DNA of 63,151 nt, filler included, from Reclinomonas americana ATCC 50394 (GCA_048213135.1; 13 parts of 13 records of this genome joined end to end with filler, not necessarily neighbours in it); one strand, 5' to 3'; positions 1 to 13,608 are shown, numbered from the whole stretch's first letter. Made by a program: numbers and translations. Notes: a model not told the origin generated them from the sequence alone.

Positions 1-777
1 GGCGGAGAGAGGGAGACAGAGAGAGAAAGAGAGAGAGAAAGAGTGCAGTGTGGGGCGGGAAATCGGTGTATTGTGTGAGATGGAAAAGGGCGCAGAGTGG
101 GGCAGAAAGAGAGTTCGGTATGGAGCAGGTTGAGAGTGCAGGGTGGGAGAAGGAAAAAGGTGCAGTGTGGGGGCGGGAACAGAGTGCATTGTGGGGGCGG
201 GAAGAAAATGAAGTGTGGGAGAAGGAGAAGATTGCAGTGTGGGGAGGCCTCCCTCTCTACCTCTTTCTATCTCCCTCTATCCGTCTCCCTCTCTCTCTCT
301 ATCTCTCTCTCTTCTCCTTCTACACTGCACTCTCTACCTGCTCACACAATGCACCCATTCCTTCTCCCACACTGCACCCTTTCCAGCTCCCACACTACAC
401 TCTGTTCCTGCTCCCACACTGCAATCTCTTCCTTCTCATATAATGCACCTCGTCCTGCCCCCACAATGCACTCTTTCACTTCTCACAATGCACCCCAATA
501 CATCTCTCACTGCACCCCTATACTTTTCTCAATGCACTCTCTCCCTGCTCTAACACTGCACCCTCTCCTTCTCCCACACTACACCCTATTCATTCTCTGC
601 CCCATGGTGTACTCTCCTGCTCCGCACTGCACTCTTCTCCTCCTCCCACACTGTACTCACTTTCTGCCCTTCTCTGCACCCTTTTTCATCTCCCACACTG
701 CACCCTTTTCCCGCCCCCACACTGCACTCTTCTCCTGCTTCCACACAGCTTCTCATCGACACAATGGTGGCACACAC

Positions 778-2693
778 CTGCTCCAGCGTGTCGACTGTGG
801 CTGAGGTGGTCGACTTGGACGACACACCACCGTCGTTCTCATCCACCGACACAAACAGCGGATCCTTCAGCGACAGGCGAATCAGATCCTCAACCTTGGA
901 CGACTGGGTGGCCGAGAACAGCATGGTTTGACGCTCTGCAGGGGAACGGACGGTCACGATAAAGGCAGGAGATAGTGGATACACATACACAAGTGCGCAC
1001 ATGCATACAACAAAGAAACAGACACACATGCATGTACGCAAGCACGCACTGCGCGCCAAACGCACACACAATGATACAGATACACATGCACACAGAACAG
1101 ACAAACAAACAAACAAAACACACGCACGCACGCACAAACATACACATACACACACACACTCTCTCTCCCTCTCTCGCACACACTGTGCCATTGTCGCTCC
1201 CACTCACCCCTCGGCAACAACGCAAGAATCTGGCGCATGTGCTCCTCGAAACCAATCTGCAGGATGCGATCCGCCTCGTCGATGATCAAACACTGCAAGT
1301 TGCGATACACAAATCCGGCCGTGTTCTGCATGTGATCGAGCAGACGGCCGGGGGTGGCGACAATCAGATTGACGCCCTTGACCAAACGGGCGGCCTCCGC
1401 ATTGCGATTGGCGCCACCAATGATCAACCCGTGTGTCTGCGACTGGTGCACCATGAGCTGGCGCACCCAGCTGTACGTCTGCAGCGCCAACTCGCGAGTG
1501 GGAGAGAGAATCACCACGCCAGTGCCTGCGTGTGAGGCGGTAAGTGAGAAAGAGAGTGGCGATGAAGTAGTGGTGAAGAAGAGGAAATGCAAACCGTTGC
1601 GAGGCATGAAGCGCGAATTCACCAGCAGCTCAATCGCCGGCAACAGGAATGCCAGCGTCTTTCCGGAGCCCGTACGCGCTTGACCGAGCACATCGCGGCC
1701 GGCCAGCAAAGCCGGAATGGTTCTACAGCATACAAGACGAAGCTTGAGCAAAGACCACTGCGTCTTCACCGGGAGTGTGCTGCACGCAACTTGGCCTGGA
1801 TCTTGGTGAGGTACGTGAACTGCATCTCGCGAATGGCCTGCTTGGTGCCCTCGTTGATCGGCAGCTCGTCGAACTTCTTGTCGGCGAGGAACGAGTGCGT
1901 CGCCGGCGTCACTGCGCGACAAGCAAGCAGGTGAGTGGATTGAGGGGTGGGAACGAGACGCGCACGCGGAGAAGATGCACGAAACTTGTGGCGCGACTCT
2001 CCTGCGTGACAGACGAGGGGATGCCGGAGGAGGAGGCGTGCTGGGAGGCCGCCTTGATGCGCTGAACGCCGTTTGTCTCCACTGCGTCGGGAAAAGAGTG
2101 AGCGTGAGGGAGGAGAAGGGGGAGACAGGGGGAAGGGAGGAGAAGGGGAGCAGAGGGGGAAGGGGAATGTCGAAGCGAAGACAAAGGGGGGGGGAACAGT
2201 GACAGAGTGGGAGAGGCAGAGCGACAAAGAAAAGTGAAGTGGGATGGGCAGTATGCGGAGAGAAGGACAGGGGAAGCGTGGACATGCAGACTGGAAGAAA
2301 GACAGAAGAACGAGAAAGACAGAAGGCTTGGAGAAACAGAGGAAGGGACGAAGAGAGGAGAGGAAAATGGAGAGCGGAAAAGAATGACGTGAGAAGCACG
2401 GCAGAAGTGGGGAGGCAGAGAGGACAAGGGAGAAGGATGGCGAGGGAATGCAAGGGAGGGAAAACAACAAGCGTGGTGGCGGGAAGAGGAGAGCAAAAGA
2501 GAAGGACGATGAGAGAAGGAGGGGAGGTAGAGAAGAGCTTAGAGTGAGCACGACAGAGATGGGAAGAGAGGGAGGAAGAGGAAGGAAGAAAAGAAGAGGA
2601 GGAATGAGAAGGACAGAGGCAGACTGGAAAGAGGGCGAGAGTGGAGATGCACAATGGAAAGGGAGAGAGATCACAGTGCATCTGTGAACGGAG

Positions 2694-2734
<41 letters not shown>

Positions 2735-3205
2735 TCCGATCACGATGAGTGCACTCCTCAGCATTCATGTGCCAAAAGTGTGAGAAAGTGAGCGGAGCCA
2801 CCTCCACACACCCCAACCAACACATCTGCACACACACCCGCCTGCACACATGCACGTAGAGGCTCACGAGTTTTTGTGCACGTGTGCATGTGCACATGCA
2901 CATGCACACCACCAACCTTCCTCGTCCACCGCCACGTCATCCTCGTCTTCTTGCTCCTCCTCCTCTGGCTCCTCCTGCTTCTTTGTCGCCTTGCTCTTCG
3001 TCTTCTTCTTCTCCTTCTTGCTCTCCTTTACGCCCTTTGTCGCCAGAGATGATGACGTAGTCGACGTGGATGCAAGACGAGCGCGCTTGGGTGGCGATGG
3101 TCTCTCATCCTCCACTTCCTCCTCTTCTGAGTCCTCCACTTCCACCTTCTTCGCCGGCTTCACCTTCAGCTCGCGACCGCGCTTCATGTTTTTCGTGTAG
3201 GACAT
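778..3205 (-). CDS. DDX18: DEAD-box RNA helicase DDX18/HAS1, multi-exon, 3' part runs off the window start
   Basis: Spliced exons give a K/E-rich N-terminus, Q motif ([13 protein letters not shown]), [58 protein letters not shown] and TMLFSAT. The MPRNGTG and ATVDTLEQ signatures are typical of Has1. Confidence 0.95.
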
Positions 3206-4129
3206 GAGGGAGGACATGCAAAAAAGGTACGAAAGGACGTCGATGCCGGGCATCTCCCCTTATGCATGTGCCCTTCTAACCCTTGCTTCCATTCCACACT
3301 TTTGTAATCTCCGTTCGCAAGGGTGGAGAAGAATTCGAAAGCAGGAGGGAAAACCAATTCATTCCAACAAACAAGCAACAGCTGCTTTTGATAAAGTCCA
3401 CAAAACATCAACGCAGACACCAGTTATGCCATCTTCACCCTTTGACCCTTGGCACCTCAATGACAACAAATACGATTTCGTTTATGATTTTTTTGGTCGT
3501 TTGACGCTCCTTCACACACACACACACACAAAACACAAAACAGAGTCCACACTGCAGGAGGGGGCGGGCAGGCGGTGCTCTCTCACAGCACCGGCACCGG
3601 CACCAGCACACACCTCGGGCGGGACGTTAATATAACGCTCAAAACCAAGCAAACAGGAAAAACACACACACACACACGCACACAGACAGACAGACAGAGA
3701 CACCTGCACCTGGTGTGACGAGCGAGCAGGTGACGCGCCGGCAGAGCCGACGTTCAATAAAGAAAATGAGGGGAGACATAACTCGCGGAGGGCATTTGGC
3801 AGAGGAAGGAGGAGGAGGAGGAGGGGAGAAAAACACGAGGGGATTACAGAAAACGTCACGCATATATAACGCGAGTCTCGAGTGAAAGGGGGTAAAACAC
3901 ACACACACAATACACACATAGAGACGAATACACGTGCGCGGCAGGCGCACGCTCAAAAAATAGGAAATCAAATTATACAGTTTGCCAACGAGCAGGTGCG
4001 TCACACAAACCATGTGGACACGCGGAGTACACGAGTGTGTGAATGAACGAGCAGCAGCAGCAGCGGCGGAAGAACGAGACACGTCACGCATCCCGCCGCC
4101 CGCGCACACAAGCAAACAAACACACACAA

Positions 4130-4229
4130 NNNNNNNNNNNNNNNNNNNNNNNNNNNNNNNNNNNNNNNNNNNNTTAATTAATTAANNNNNNNNNNNNNNN
4201 NNNNNNNNNNNNNNNNNNNNNNNNNNNNN
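4130..4229. other. Assembly gap spacer N-TTAATTAATTAA-N; also at about 7512, 17010, 20463, 23715, 26909, 30236, 33745, 35935, 47433, 58490 and 61822
   Basis: Identical 100-bp linker with stops in all six frames, present 12 times. Confidence 0.99.
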
Positions 4230-4649
4230 AGAAAGGGGAGAAAGGGGGAGAAAGGGGGAATGGAGAAGGGGGAAGAGAAGGGAGAAGAGAAGGGGGAAAG
4301 GAGGGGGAAAGGACGGGTAAGAGAGGGGGAGCAAGGGGGTAGAGAGGGGAAGAGAGGTGGAAGAGAGGGGGAGCAAGGGGGAAGAGAGGGGAGACAGAGA
4401 GTGAATAGGGGAGAAGAGAGAGGGGGAAGAGAATGGCGAAGAGAAGGGAGAAGAAGAAGGGAGAAGAGAAGGAAGAAGAGAAGGGGACAAAACAAGAATA
4501 CGAAGGGAAGAGAGACAGGAGGTGAACAGGAAAGACGGAAAATGAGAGAAAAATGCAAAAGTGGAAGGGAAGAGAACAGGACAAGGAAAACAGAGCTCTA
4601 ACACTGGCGTCCTTCGCTGCACATCTATCATGCGTTGCTCAGTACTCAC

Positions 4650-6664
4650 CGACAGTTCTTTCCATAAGCGCAGTACCCAAACCGCGTCCAGCGTCTGCAC
4701 AGCTCCGTCTTGAACAGCAGCTCTTCAAAGTCCGCCGACGGCGACTGCCCCTGCGATGAGGCCGACGAGGCGCTCCCCGTCGACGAAATCGATGTGGTCG
4801 ACGCCGAACTGCGCAGCATTTCGTCAGACTCAACAGCAAACCACACGGAGACGGGAAGGGAAGGGAAGGGAAGGGAAGGGAAGGGAAGGGAAGGGAAGGG
4901 AAGGGAAGGGAAGGAGAGAGAGAGAGAGAGACGCACCGTTCACGGTGCGGCTGACCCACGGCATCCATCACCGCCGGTGGCAGCATCGGCGACTGCTGCT
5001 GATGTTGCTGCTGCATCATCGCCTGCTGTTGCTGCTGCTGCTGTTGCATCATCATTTGCATGTACAACATCTGCTGATGACTCGGCGACTGCGGAGGAAG
5101 CTGCTGCTGCTGTTGCTGTTGTTGTTGTTGCTGCTGCTGCTGATAATACCGCTGCTGCTGCTGCTGTTGTTGCTGCTGATGGTGATACTCCGCCAGCATC
5201 TCTGCAGGAGAAAGCGTACAGGTGAGCAGACACAAGAGACTGAAGGACTCTCGAATGGAGGATGTAGATCAGATGAAGCCACACAACCGATACAGAACCA
5301 AAGATCGACAGGATGCAAAAGGATTCAGAGATCAAAGTGGCTCAGTTGAAGCGACAGAGCCGAAACACAGATGAATCAAAGTGTAAACAGCATGACTGAG
5401 GAATGCGAGGTCAAAGCGGCGCAGAAGAAGCACACTTGGAGCAAAGTAACGACAGGATGCAAAGAGGGTTCAGAGACCAAAGTGACTCAGTTGAAGCGAC
5501 AGAGCCGAAACACAGATGAACCAACTCTCGAAAGAAAACTCAAGAAGCCGAGTGGTTCAGCTGAAGCAACGCAGCCGAACACAGATGAATCATTGTGCGT
5601 CTCACTGTTGTAAGAAGGATCCGGCGCAGTTGAAGTAACACAGCCGAAGCATAGATGGACCAAAGTGTAGACAGCATGCAAAAGGATTCTGAGACCAAAG
5701 TGGCTCGGTTGAACCCACACAGACGAAACACAGATGGACAAAAGTAGTGACAGAAAGCGAAAGGATTCTGAGGCCAAAGTGGCTCGGTTGAAGCGACAGA
5801 GCCGAAGCATAGCCGAAGCATAGACGGACCAAAGAGTAGACAGCATGCGAGAGGAATACGAGGCCAACGCAGCGCAGTTGAACTCACACAGACGAAACAC
5901 AGATGGACTATCGACAGCATGCGCAAGAGAATGCGCGACTCAGAACGCGCGGATGCGACTGACAACAATCGCACAACAACGCGACAAACATGTGTGGCCC
6001 TCTCTCTTCTATCCTCCCCACTCTTCACTCACCCATTGGCGGTGGTGGCGGCTGCGGCGGAGGTGGCGGCATATACTCCACATGCTGCTGCTGCTGCTGC
6101 TGTTGATGCAGATGCGCATGCGCCAACGCATGATGCTGATAGTACGCACTGCCGTTGCCAGCAGGCGACGGCGGCGGCGCATACTGATACGCCTATACAA
6201 CAAACACAGAGAGAGAGTGAGCGAGGCATGCTCATGGCCATGACACGCACACACAAAACTCGCGCGCGCGCGCTGCTTCTCACCTGCTGCTGCTGCTGCT
6301 GCTGCGACGACGACGACGATGAAGGCGACGGAGAGGGCGAGGGCGACGGCGCATCCATCATCGCCGGTGACTCACTCACATATTGACGATGCATGTGATG
6401 CATATGCTGCTGCTGCTGTTGATGATGATGCTGCTGCTGATGATGCGCATAGTGTTGCTGCTGCTGCTGCGGAGGCGGCGGCGGTGGCGGGAGATGTGCG
6501 GCCGCCGGGTGATGGCTCACCGCAAACTGTTGCTGTTGCTGTTGCTGTTGAAGGTGATGCAGTTGCTGCTGTTGCATGTCAAAGAGCATGTAGCCGGCGG
6601 TGGAGTCGGCGGTGGCAGCGGCGGCCGGGGGAGTGGCGCCAAAGAGCGAGGCGGCAGTGGACAT
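4650..6664 (-). CDS. PolyQ/His/Pro-rich CCCH zinc-finger protein (TTP/ZFP36-like lead-in), 3' partial
   Basis: ATG at 6664 (MSTAASLFG). Four GT-AG-bounded exons end in LFKTELCRRWTRFGYCAYGKNCR, a KTELC lead-in plus C-x8-C-x5-C; the final His exon was not found before the gap. Confidence 0.85.
5280..5950. repeat. Degenerate intronic tandem repeat
   Basis: Recurring units resembling GGATTC(A/T)GAGACCAAAGTGGCTC(A/G)GTTGAAGCGACAGAGCCGAAACACAGATG. Confidence 0.85.
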
Positions 6665-7669
6665 TGTGCGCGCGCGCCAAAACAAACAAGACACACACGC
6701 GCACTTCTAACACGACAGAATGATGCGCGGCGTCTCTCTCTCTCTAATAGCGAGTCGCGAGAGATATGCGTGTGCGAGAGGGAGAGAAAGAGAGAGTGGG
6801 AGTGTGTGTGAGGGAGAAAGAGATACCAATATGTGTGGTGCGAGTGGGGGAGAGAGAGAGCGCACACACACAGAGCGGGGAAACAGGTGGCGATCCGCGC
6901 TCTGTGCACTCTCACTCACACGCGCCGCGACACACACACACGCGCGCACACACGAGTTAAACGAACAGTTTTTGGACACGGAGATGAACGTCGCGACGTC
7001 GCAAGCACGCAACCGCCGTTGCTCATGCGAGGCACAGAGAGTGATGCAGATTGCTACACTCACTAAGGCACGTGTAAAAGTGCGCGCGGAAAGTGCTTCT
7101 TTCTGTATGTACGACGTCGCGGATCCTCGACGTTGCAGATACCGGAACGCCATTGCCCAAGCCAGGCTCAGAGAATGATGCAGACGGCTACACTCACTAA
7201 GGCACGTTCAAAGCACGCGCTTGATCCGCTTTTCTCTGTGTTTACGATGCGTTTTGATTTATGCGATGCGCTGAATTGCAAGATGCGGATCAACTGCAAC
7301 GACGGAAGCGCGTCGCAGCGAGTTGCTTCTGCCAGCGTATAAAGCAGAGGAGGATAGATTGATGGATGGATAGGTGAAGAGAAGTGCAGGGTTCTGAGAT
7401 ACGGGACGGAGAACGTCGATCGCATCCATCAGCTTTGCGGTCAGTCAGAAACATTCCGACAAAAAAGGAAAGCAAAAAGGCGGGAAAACAAGTCAGCAAC
7501 GGTTGTCAAACNNNNNNNNNNNNNNNNNNNNNNNNNNNNNNNNNNNNNNNNNNNNTTAATTAATTAANNNNNNNNNNNNNNNNNNNNNNNNNNNNNNNNN
7601 NNNNNNNNNNNACGGGTACGGGTACGGGTACGGTACGGTACGTACGTCGTCGTCGTCGTCGTCGTCGTC

Positions 7670-7738
<69 letters not shown>

Positions 7739-7792
7739 TCTCTTGCTATCTTTGGTGTCCTCGCGTCACGTAATGTCTCACCTGGGCGGTGT

Positions 7793-10700
7793 ATGCACAC
7801 AGCTGCTCACCAGGAGCGCGTGAAACACACTGAGATGGAAGGCATCGTCGAGGTACACTGATTGTGTGTCATTCCGAGATGAGCGTGTCTCTCAGTAATC
7901 TCTCTCTCTCTCTGGCGTGTTTGGCACAGCAACGCGCGAGGAGGCGGCGAGTCGACTCGTCTCTGGTGGATCACCATGAGGACTCGCCTGCACGTGACTC
8001 AGAAGAGGCATCAGCTCGCAAGCGTTCTCTGGAGGTGAGCTCCAATAAGACACGCGTCTCAACTTGCCTCTCGCTTGTGCATCGCAGTTGACACCTGATG
8101 TTTTCTCTTCGTTCTCCACAGGTGGATGCATCCAGCGATGACGAGCTGGCACCGCCAAAGAAGAAGACGAAGGTGTGGATATTCTGTCGCTGAACATTGT
8201 TGTGCTTGTTCGTAGATCTGCATTTGGTTCTTGTGTGTCATCGTGATTTCACAGGGTGGCCAGGGTCAAGCTGCGAAAGAGCCAGAGGAGTTGAGCGCAG
8301 ATGAGAAGCTGTTGCTGAACAAGCTGCTTGTTGCGTGTGCATGCTCTCGCATCATCATTGCAACCCATCTCCTCGTCGCACTCACTATTCTTCGTGTCAC
8401 TCGCAGCGATGCAATCGGAAGAAGGTTCTGGTGAAGGCATTCGGCCTGTTGGCGCCTTTTGTTCAGAAATCTACAGTCCTCTACCATCAGAGTGTTCTCT
8501 TTGAGCTGGCCTGTGACGAGCGCGGAATTCCGTTGTCGGAACGGAGTCGCACGTCGTCCGCTGTCAAGTGTGCATTCGGCAAGAGTCTTGGCTTGAGTGC
8601 CATGGGTTTACGCGCCAGAACGCCAAAATCAGTGGAAGGTGTGCTCCGGCGAGTGGGCAACTACATCGAGGTGAGCAAGCATGTACGCCTGAAACGACCG
8701 TGGCATGTGAACCGACATGCAGGTGATTGCAATCTGCAGATGAGCCAGCTCTCTGGCGAGGCTCTGGTGGATGCCGTTGAGAGACCACTGATTGTGGTGG
8801 ATGAGCGCGGGTATTCGAAAGTGTGTTTGTGATGCATGATTTTCTGCTTGTGTTGTGATCATGTCGACTGACGTACGTTTACTCGGCTTGCTTGTGACAG
8901 GAATCGTGGGTGAGATTGGCACCGCTAAACAAGACCAAGAAAGACAATCTTCAGCCGTTTGTCAAGCAGGCCATGGATGCGTTGCGCGAGTGCAATGGTC
9001 TCATGGCTGCTCTGCTTCGAGACAGCCACCTCTCTGAGTCCGAGATGTCACGTGCTGTCGCTTGGTGTCATTCGAAAGGTCTGCGATCTCAAGTGGCAGT
9101 TAGTGTTGCTTGTGTTGGTGTTGATCAGCACCACGCAGAATCTGGCGGTGTGAAGATGGTGATGAAGGAGGAGAAGGATGTGGAAGAAGAGAAGGATGCC
9201 GTCAAGCTTGAACACGATGACACCAAGGTACGCAGCAATAGTACATGAGTAACGTAGGCTTGGTGCGAATGTGGGAGTCTTCATCGACTCTGTGAAGCGT
9301 TAACGTCTTGTGTGTCCGCAGGTGGAGACCGGCAGTGACAGTGACGAAGAATCGAAGCCGAGCAAGGTACGATGATACAATGTCTGTGTATGGTTGGTTG
9401 GTGAGGCAGGCTTGCTGATTGTGGATGTCGCGTCGCGTGTGCATTTGCAGCGCGTCAATCGCGATCGTCGTGTGCATGATGCGGAGATGAGCAAGGACGA
9501 GCGAATGGTGTTGGACAGACTGCTTGTTGCGTGTCGTGTGCATGTGCACAGCACTCGCCAAGGCTGAGTGATTGATTCTTCCGTGTGCATGCTTGTTGTA
9601 ACACTTGTATTGTGTATGTGCAAACAGCGATGCAACAAGAAGAAGATACTGGTGAAGGCATTCGGCATCATGGCTCCTGTTGTGAAACGACACGCAGTCT
9701 GGCATCATCGGCGAGTTCTTGTTCAACTCGCCTGCAAGGAGTGCGGCATCTCATCATCTGGAAGAGACAGTCTGTGGTCTGCAGTCATGGACTCATTCGG
9801 CAAGAGCCTTGGGTTTTTTGTCCAACATTCACGCGCCAACACACCCAAGTCCGTTGAGGGAGTACTTCAGAGCATGAGCACGTTCATCGAGGTGAGTATC
9901 TGTCTGTTCTGTCCATCTCACACATAACTAGAAAGTGAGCCAACAACGATGCGTGTGCAACTGCACAGAAGAGCGAACTGCACGGCGCCGCACTGGCGAA
10001 TGCCATCGAGAGACCACTGATTGTGGTGGATGAACGTGGTTATTCTGAGGTGCGCCAACTTTTCACTGTGTGCTTCGTGTATTTCTGCTTTTTGAGTTGT
10101 TGACTTACGTGCTTCTTCCACGATGTCGGTCGTGCTGTAGAACTCATGGAAGATGATGGAGAGGAAACGGAAGAGCAACGATCCTCTCCTGCCGCTCATC
10201 GCCCAAGCCGCGCAGGCGCTACGGGAGTGCCCTGGCTTGCAAGCGTCGCTGATTCGCGACGGCTGTCTCTCTGAGGCGGAGATTGCACGCGCCGTCGAGT
10301 GGTGCAGCGAAAGAGGTTGATGACATCGGATGCGTTCTACTGTGCTTGGGGTCAGAACTGACGAGCGAGTTGCAGCTCTGCTGGAGGCGAAGGTGATGAA
10401 AAAAGAAGAGATGAAGGAGGAGGAGGAGGAACGGGAGGATGATTCGAGGGAAGAAATGGACGACGATGAGGGCGACGACGTGGGCGACGGTGAAAGGAGC
10501 AAGGTACGACCATGTTTGGTGTGGCGGTTATGCACACTGTGACAGCATCTCATGATGCGCATTCACAGCAACGAGGGAGAGGTTCTGCAATGATGAGCAA
10601 AGACGAACAGCTGTTGCTGGCGAGGCTTCTTGTTGCGTGTGTTTGCATTTATGGCCTTCTCTGGCAGTCGTCTGGCTGATTGAGTGACCGATGTGTTCCA

Positions 10701-13608
10701 TGCGGGAGCAGTGCTGCAACAAGAAAAAGGTATTGGTGATGGCATTTGGCATCATGGCACCGATGGCGATGAAATCCACCGTCCACCATCACCAGCGTGT
10801 TCTTGTTGACTTGGCATGCAAGGAGTGTGGCATCCCTCCATCGAAAGCAGGCTGCCTGTCGTCGGCAGTTATGAGCTCATTTGGCAAGAGTTTTGTCGGT
10901 GTCGTCCAACATGCACGCACCAAGACGCCTAAGTCAGTGGAGGGAGTGCTCCAGATGATGAGCGATTTTATTGAGGTGAGTATCGTCCATATTACTTGAC
11001 TGAATCAATCAACGGCCAGCGCTAAAGCATGTACCGCAATGCAGAAGAGTGAACTGCGTGGCGCTGCCCTGACGGACGGCATTGAGAGACCTGTGGTTTT
11101 GGTGGATGAACGCGGCTATTCTGAGGTATGCCTGCCTTGTGCTCTGTGTACTTTGTGTGTCGTGAATGGTGTTTTCTCACATTCTGTGCTCTGGAATTCG
11201 GTTGTCAGGAGTCATCGCGCTTGCGCAACCAGCAGAATCCGTTTCTGCCATTTGTCACACAGTCCGTAGATGCCTTCCACAACTGTCCAAGCCTGCTGGC
11301 CACACTTCTTCGAGACGGCTGTCTGTCCGAGTCGGAGATCACACGTGCTGTCGAGTGGTGCAGTGGACGAGGTTCGGCTGTGTGGATTCTTTACTGCACT
11401 TTGTGCACATGTGCTCATTAACGACTGAAAAGCTCTGAGGGAGATGGAGATGGTGAAGAAAGAAGAGAAGTGGGAGGACGAGCAGGAGGATAAGGACGAT
11501 GGCAAGGTACGCCCCCATCGCCCGTTTCCATTAGATGCGAGACGAGTTCGTGTCCCAACTTTGTGTTGATTGTCTTTCACAGCACAGCAAGAGTGGATCT
11601 GCGAAGCTGAGCATCAACGAGCACTTGATGCTGTCGAAACTGCTTGTTGCGTGTTGCTGTTATCTCTATGCATGTCGCCGACATTGCTGTCACTCTCATC
11701 TGCTCACCACATCTTGGAGCAGGGTTGCAACAGGAAGAGGATGATGGTGAAGGCATTCGGCCTCATGGCACCCGTGGTGCTCAGATCCACAGTCCTCTAT
11801 CATCAGCGTGCTCTCTTCCAACTTGCCTGTGACGAATGCGGAGTGCCGTCGGAGGGACCAGGCTGGCCTTCAGCCGCAGTCATTTCTGCATTTGGCAAGG
11901 GTCTTGCCAAAAGAGCCGACACGGCACGCACCACAACGCCCAAGTCGGTGGAGGGCGTGCTCGAGAGTGTGAGCAGCTTCGTAGAGGCGAGTGTCGGTGT
12001 GGTGTTGCAGTGTCCTTCCGATTGTTATGTGCGCGGTACCTGACTTGTCTTCGACGTGGATGTCACCATCAGAAGAGTGGTCTTCGCGAAGCTGAGCTTC
12101 TGAATGCTGTCGAGAGACCGCTGATTGTGATTGACGAATGTGGCTACTCTGAGGCGCGTATGAATTGTGTGTGCTGATGTGCGTCATTGAAAGCTGGCTC
12201 ACATTGCTGTGGCTCGGATGGTAGGAATCAACAGCAAAATCGCAGAAGGGAGGCACTCCTAATGTTCTTTCGCCATTCGTTACCCAGGCCAGGCAAGCTC
12301 TTTGCAAATGTCCTCGCCTGCTGGCCACTCTGCTACGGGACGGCTGTTTACCGGAGGCGGAGATTGCACGCGCCGTCGAGTGGTGCAGTGAAAGAGGTTG
12401 GACTGCTTGTCTTCGTGGCTGCACTGTGCATGCATGTACTCACAAGCAAGTGACCAGTCGTCAGGGAGATGGAGATGGCGAAGAAAGAGGAGGAGAGGGA
12501 GGGTGAGCAGGAAGAAGACGATGACGACAGCGAAAATGAGGGCGATGACGCGAAGGGAAAGAAGGTACGCCCGACGCCCTCTTCAGTGAGATGCGAGGGG
12601 TACATCTTAATATTACGTGGCTTGTGTTTCACAGCGCCGCAAGATTGATCTTGCAAAGTTGAGCGTCAATGAGCAATTGATGCTGGCGAAACTGCTTGTT
12701 GCGTGTTTCTCTGTATGCCGCCACTGATGCTGTCATAACCTGCTCACCTTCATCCACCCGTCCATCTCTCGAGAGCAGAGATGCAACAGGAAGAGGATTC
12801 TGGTGAAGGCGTTTGGCCTCATGGCGCCCGTGGTGACGCCATCCACAGTTCTCCATCATCAGCGTGCTCTCTTCCAACTTGCCTGCGACGAATGCGGCTT
12901 ATTGTCAGGGGGACAGGGCTGCCCGTCATCCGCAGTTATGTCTGCATTTATCAAGAGTCTTGCCGGTAGTGCCAAGGTTGCACGCAATACGACGCCCAAG
13001 GCAGCTGATGGTGTTCTCGAGAGCGTGAGCATCTTTGTGGAGGTGAGTGTTAGTTTGCTTTCTTTGTGTCACATCCGTTTGTGGTGTGTTTGGCAACTGA
13101 TTTGCCTTCCATCTGCGCTTGTCATCATCAGAAAAGCGGACTTCGAGGAGCTGAACTGGTGGATGCTGGCGAGAGGCCTTTGATTGTGATTGATGAGCGT
13201 GGCTATTCTGAGGCATGTCTCATGATGTGTGGTTCTGTGTATCAATGACTCTTTACTTACTTTCTCGTTTTCGATTGACAGGAATCAGCAGAGTTACCGA
13301 AGAGTGGCAGGCCTGATTTTCTTCTGCCATTCGTCACACAGGCCATGGATATGCTCCGCACCTGCCCTGGCCTGCTGGCCACTCTGCTTCGAAATGGTTG
13401 CCTTTCGAAGGAGGAGATTGACCGTGCCGGTGAGCGCACCAAGTGCAACAATCTGAGAGCAACTGGTGTCGTTGCTCGTCGTGCCATCGTCAGTACTGAC
13501 GAGCACGCTGCAGTGCTGGGTGACGAGAAACCGGTGAAGATGGAGGTGGTGAAGAAAGAGGAGGAGGAGGAGGAGGAGGAGGAGGAGGAGGAGGACGAGG
13601 ACGTGTAG
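7793..13608 (+). CDS. Hypothetical nuclear protein with five tandem copies of an unrecognised ~190-aa domain separated by acidic linkers
   Basis: Exons splice into one open frame. Each unit reads LLxKLL|xCNxKxxLVKAFGxMAP...LACxECG...FGKSL...TPKSVEGVL...E|...ERPLIVVDERGYSE|...LPFVxQ...CPGLLATLLRDGxLSExEIxRAVEWC with the same intron positions. NLS-like PPKKKTK near the N-terminus; stop TAG at 13606-13608. The start codon is uncertain. Confidence 0.85.

Noticed and set aside
4174..4185. Palindromic TTAATTAATTAA recurring 12 times
   Set aside because: Always centred in N runs; an artificial six-frame-stop gap linker
8330..12780. Possible non-canonical G|TT...AGN introns, which would give Gly in all five repeats
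   Set aside because: At GTTGCG introns in TAF5, DHH and SnoaL only the canonical GT-AG cut restores the conserved Cys or Tyr
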